DNA of 25,624 nucleotides, taken from assembly GCA_033762295.1 (NCBI GenBank), contig JANRLW010000095.1, positions 1-25,624 on the forward strand. The letters run 5' to 3'. Below are positions 25,260 to 25,624 of this stretch, in pieces (within the stretch, counting starts at the first letter, position 1; each line of letters begins with the position of its first letter). The notes below the pieces were generated by a model. The model saw nothing but the letters and a program-made list of their open reading frames with translations. It made no database searches and had not been told where the DNA came from. Both the position numbers and the translations under genes were made by a program. Origin of the DNA: Capsulimonadales bacterium (GTDB lineage: Bacteria > Armatimonadota > Armatimonadia > Armatimonadales > Armatimonadaceae).

Positions 25260-25624
25260 TCAGGATGCCCGCGTCTGTGCCAGATTCATGAGGACCCGGC
25301 GAAGATAGCCGCGAGTGCCGACCACCTCCGCCAGACCGTTCAGTACCGATTCCCGATCCGACTCCCTGTCCCACGCGGCGAACAGGTCCCGGAGACGGTC
25401 GCGCAGATCATCATAGGCCGACTGAAATCGCGTTTGCGCCTCCTCCAGTTCGGGCCGAAGCCGGGCGATCGTTTCCTCGTCATCGTCCGCCCTGGCCTCC
25501 TGAAACTCCAGGAGGCGCTCCTGAAGTTCCAGTACCTCGGCGAAAAGCGTCTGCGGCGGACGCGCCGTTTCCTTCAGGTCGTCCGGCTTCATACCACGTT
25601 CCCGCCGCAGGAGGTACTCCGCCC
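25260..25624 (-). CDS. hscB: Fe-S cluster co-chaperone HscB, C-terminal part (5' end outside the window)
   Basis: The frame is open to the window edge. The upstream codons read (R)AEYLLRRERG, the HscB RAxYLL motif, then P..LFAEVLELQERL and a helical bundle ending YLRRVL. Confidence 0.82.
   Translation of the reverse strand, partial: AEYLLRRERGMKPDDLKETARPPQTLFAEVLELQERLLEFQEARADDDEETIARLRPELEEAQTRFQSAYDDLRDRLRDLFAAWDRESDRESVLNGLAEVVGTRGYLRRVLMNLAQTRAS

Overview
The window is GC-rich bacterial chromosome. The 16S 5' sequence suggests phylum Armatimonadota, which is my recollection and not a database result. The left edge holds the first ~114 nt of a 16S rRNA gene (minus strand), its leader, and two tandem TTGACA-N16-TATACT promoters. 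Next come a MOSC-domain gene, a LacI-family regulator present as two separate ORFs (HTH and effector domain), and a hypothetical gene. Most of the window (~3.7-25 kb) is a minus-strand Wzx/Wzy-type exopolysaccharide locus: OPX/Wza, a polysaccharide co-polymerase, a stand-alone degenerate BY-kinase, a QxxRW-type GT2, a membrane-anchored GH44, Wzy, Wzx, a GT2, three GT4s, a priming phosphoglycosyl transferase and a WecB/TagA/CpsF GT. One plus-strand gene, a secreted FN3-repeat protein with an unrecognised C-terminal domain, interrupts it. The 3' end of hscB is at the right edge. Best leads: (1) a 45-aa two-helix membrane protein absent from the ORF track, coupled to the QxxRW GT2; (2) a TTTA(C/G)TAAA palindrome in three promoter regions of the locus; (3) the FN3 protein's unknown domain; (4) the split LacI; (5) a probable BY pseudokinase next to a Wzy with a PYDND-repeat tail. 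I saw no mobile element, CRISPR array or tRNA.
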